Positions 61,288-64,000 of a DNA stretch of 64,000 bases are shown piece by piece. This stretch comes from the human T2T-CHM13v2.0 reference genome, Homo sapiens, in assembly GCF_009914755.1 (NCBI RefSeq), contig NC_060936.1. The stretch is one strand, 5' to 3'. The notes below the pieces were generated by a model, which had not been told where the DNA came from, did no database searches, and saw only the letters and a program-made list of their open reading frames with translations. The first letter of the stretch is position 1. Each line of letters opens with the position of its first letter. Position numbers and translations under genes: made by a program.

Positions 61288-62623
61288 GGAAAGGGAAAAA
61301 AATGTCCAGGCCTCCTAACTGTCCAGACTGCCCTTAATTATGGTCAATTATGCCCTAAGTGTGCATCCCAGGATTGGGAGGGGCACAGTCAAAGCTTCTG
61401 AGAACAGAACACAGTCGGGGGTGCTCAGGAAGACAGACCTGAGTTCCAGGCCTAGGGACAAATGTGACATTTTGGGCTACTCAGAGCCTTCTCCTGGGCT
61501 CAATTTCTCTCAGAATTGTTAGATATACATGCATTCATTGCATGGAAAGCTCCACTTTTCTCTCTGTTTGATCCATTATTGTTCCCTCTCACTCCACCCA
61601 GGCTTCATCCTATCCCTGTACAGGCCAGAGCCTCCCTCATACTAGCCCTATTTCTGGTCTTCTTAACTCCTCGAACTAATGACAAAGATCTATCACCCTT
61701 AACCCTAACCTCCCCCTTGGCTACATGTACCAAGTCCTACCGCACCAAGAGATACAGTCGGGACCCAGCGTCACATCACTCATGGGTGTGCCCAACACTG
61801 AGGGAACTGATATTAATATAAGGTTCCCACTCCCACCATGCCTCTTTTCTGAGTGAAACAACAGAAAACTCAATGACCTTATAGGAGGCTGGTGTGTGTG
61901 TGACATCCAAGATGCTGGGCACTTTTGGAATCCCCAGCCTTCTCACTTCCCATCCTACAAACAGGAGGGCTTGGTGAATTTACCTGCTGAGACTCTTATC
62001 TCACCTTTCGTTCACGCTGTGGTGCCCAGGAGATGCCTGGACACACTCAGGTGGCTCTCCCTCACATAGCGCCTTTTCTCTCACTGCCTACCATACCTCA
62101 CATCATTCCTGCCTTTTTACTGCCTTTTATTTTCCTCTCCTTTTATGCACCCACCCTTTCTACTTACATTTCCTCTCCCCTTTTCCCTCTGGGGCTTGGT
62201 TTCTTCCCATCCTTCTCACTCTCTAAAATCCTGTCCTCTTTCCATCCCAAATGCTTTCCTCTATAACTACCACCACCAGCAACAGCTCTCCATCACCCGT
62301 CTCTGTGCTTCCCCTCCCAGGCCTGAGGCACCACAAGGGCGTAAGTGATTTATGAGCCACCTTTTAAACTCAGAAACCAAAAACTTCTGGTGCTTCAAGG
62401 GGGCATACTGTGCAATCTTACTGCTGTGATCAGACTCAGTGATAAGGATATCTAGACCAAGACAGTCTCATGGAGAAAGCAAGAAGGCAGAAGGGAAGAC
62501 TATGGAGCTGGGGCGGGGACTGGCCAGAAAGTCTGGGCAGTGAAGTCTTACTAACCATTATTAGTGTTTTTGGTGAGTTTCACACTGTGGGTGACGATGG
62601 AGACAAGTCCAAGTAGGAGGTGA

Positions 62624-62946
<323 letters not shown>

Positions 62947-63876
62947 TCATGTCATTCTTTAAATAATTTTCACTTTCTTGTTCACTGTTCATCCTTCAGA
63001 AAGTCTATAATGACCATGTCCCAGCACAAACTATGTTTTAGACTATGAGCTCTGGAAGGCAGGGATGACATGTAACTCCATTAAAAGCTCTTTGCATACT
63101 ATCCTCTGGGAACAGATGTTTAATGAAGGTTTTTTTTTGTTGCTGTAAATGATGAGATGATGTGGTCAATGGAGTTAATAATAGTGACCATGAAGGAAGT
63201 GTGATCATGATCAAGTTAATGATGATAACAGTAAGGGCACTGATCAGTGGTGACAATGACAGCATTGGTGAAAAATGAAGCAAGTGGGAACCATGACTTG
63301 ACCACTGATTCATCCCACAATTATTTAATAAGCATCTGCTATATGCTACACACTCAGCCAGGAATTGAAGATCCACAGATGAAGTAGAAATGGACTCTGT
63401 CCACAGGAATTCGCAGTTTATTTTATAATACAGATGAGGCATAAGAGGTTGTGAAAGCACCAAAGAGAGAATGAGTAATTTTACTTGGAGGAACCCATGA
63501 AGGCATCAGGGAGGAAGAGACCAAAATATGCAGAGTGGATTGTGGGAGCAGAGGCATTGAAATCCAAGAGACCAGCTTGTTGGGGCTTGGAGCATAGTTC
63601 TGTGAAATTCTGGGAGGGATAAGGAGAATAGAAGTGGAGGAAAATGCAGTAAAGGCAGGTCTGGGGCAGACTTTGAAGGGTCTGCATTTGAGGAGTTTCC
63701 AGGATTCTCAGGAGGAGGTAGCAAAGGGCAAGTGGATACAGAGAGAACAGTGATACAGTCAAGGCCCAGAGATATCGGTGTGGGGGGTCATAAGTCCATA
63801 AGTAATGGTTGAAATAATGAAAGTATAGAAGCTATTTTAGAAGATGGGAACAAACTGGGGTAAGAACAACAGCTGA

Positions 63877-64000
63877 GGCCGGGCATGGTGGCTCACACCT
63901 GTAATCCCAGCACTTTGGGAGGCCGAGGCGGGGGGGATCACGAGATCATGAGATCGAGACCATCCTGGCTAACACGGTGAAACCCTGTCTCTACTAAAAA
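63877..64000 (+). mobile_element. AluY-like, truncated by the window end
   Basis: Left arm consensus. Confidence 0.9.

Overview
Primate (almost certainly human) genomic DNA, GC-rich and very Alu-dense. It contains one complete protein-coding gene on the minus strand: SMUG1, the single-strand-selective monofunctional uracil-DNA glycosylase (270 aa). The gene has two non-coding 5' exons, two coding exons (23217-23501 and 21657-22184), a CpG/ZNF143/ETS promoter near 28.5 kb and a poly(A) signal near 21.05 kb. From recalled synteny this is the 12q13.13 interval between the HOXC cluster and CBX5. The rest is non-coding: about 35 Alus, MIR, L2 and L3/CR1 remnants, MER3/MER5 DNA transposons, MLT1/MLT2/MER21 LTRs, orphan CpG islands, CTCF sites and many homeodomain/POU/MEF2 motif clusters that look like developmental enhancers. 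I do not see convincing evidence of a wholly new biological system. The most notable unexplained or under-described signals are: (i) stacked overlapping uORFs and a G-quadruplex in the SMUG1 leader, (ii) transposon-derived 3' exons and poly(A) site that give catalytically truncated SMUG1 isoforms, (iii) a non-repeat-looking 39-bp inverted repeat about 1 kb apart whose left arm is a splice-ready 24-nt microexon, and (iv) recurrent tandem octamer motifs at one-helical-turn spacing. Repeat boundaries and subfamily calls are by eye and approximate.
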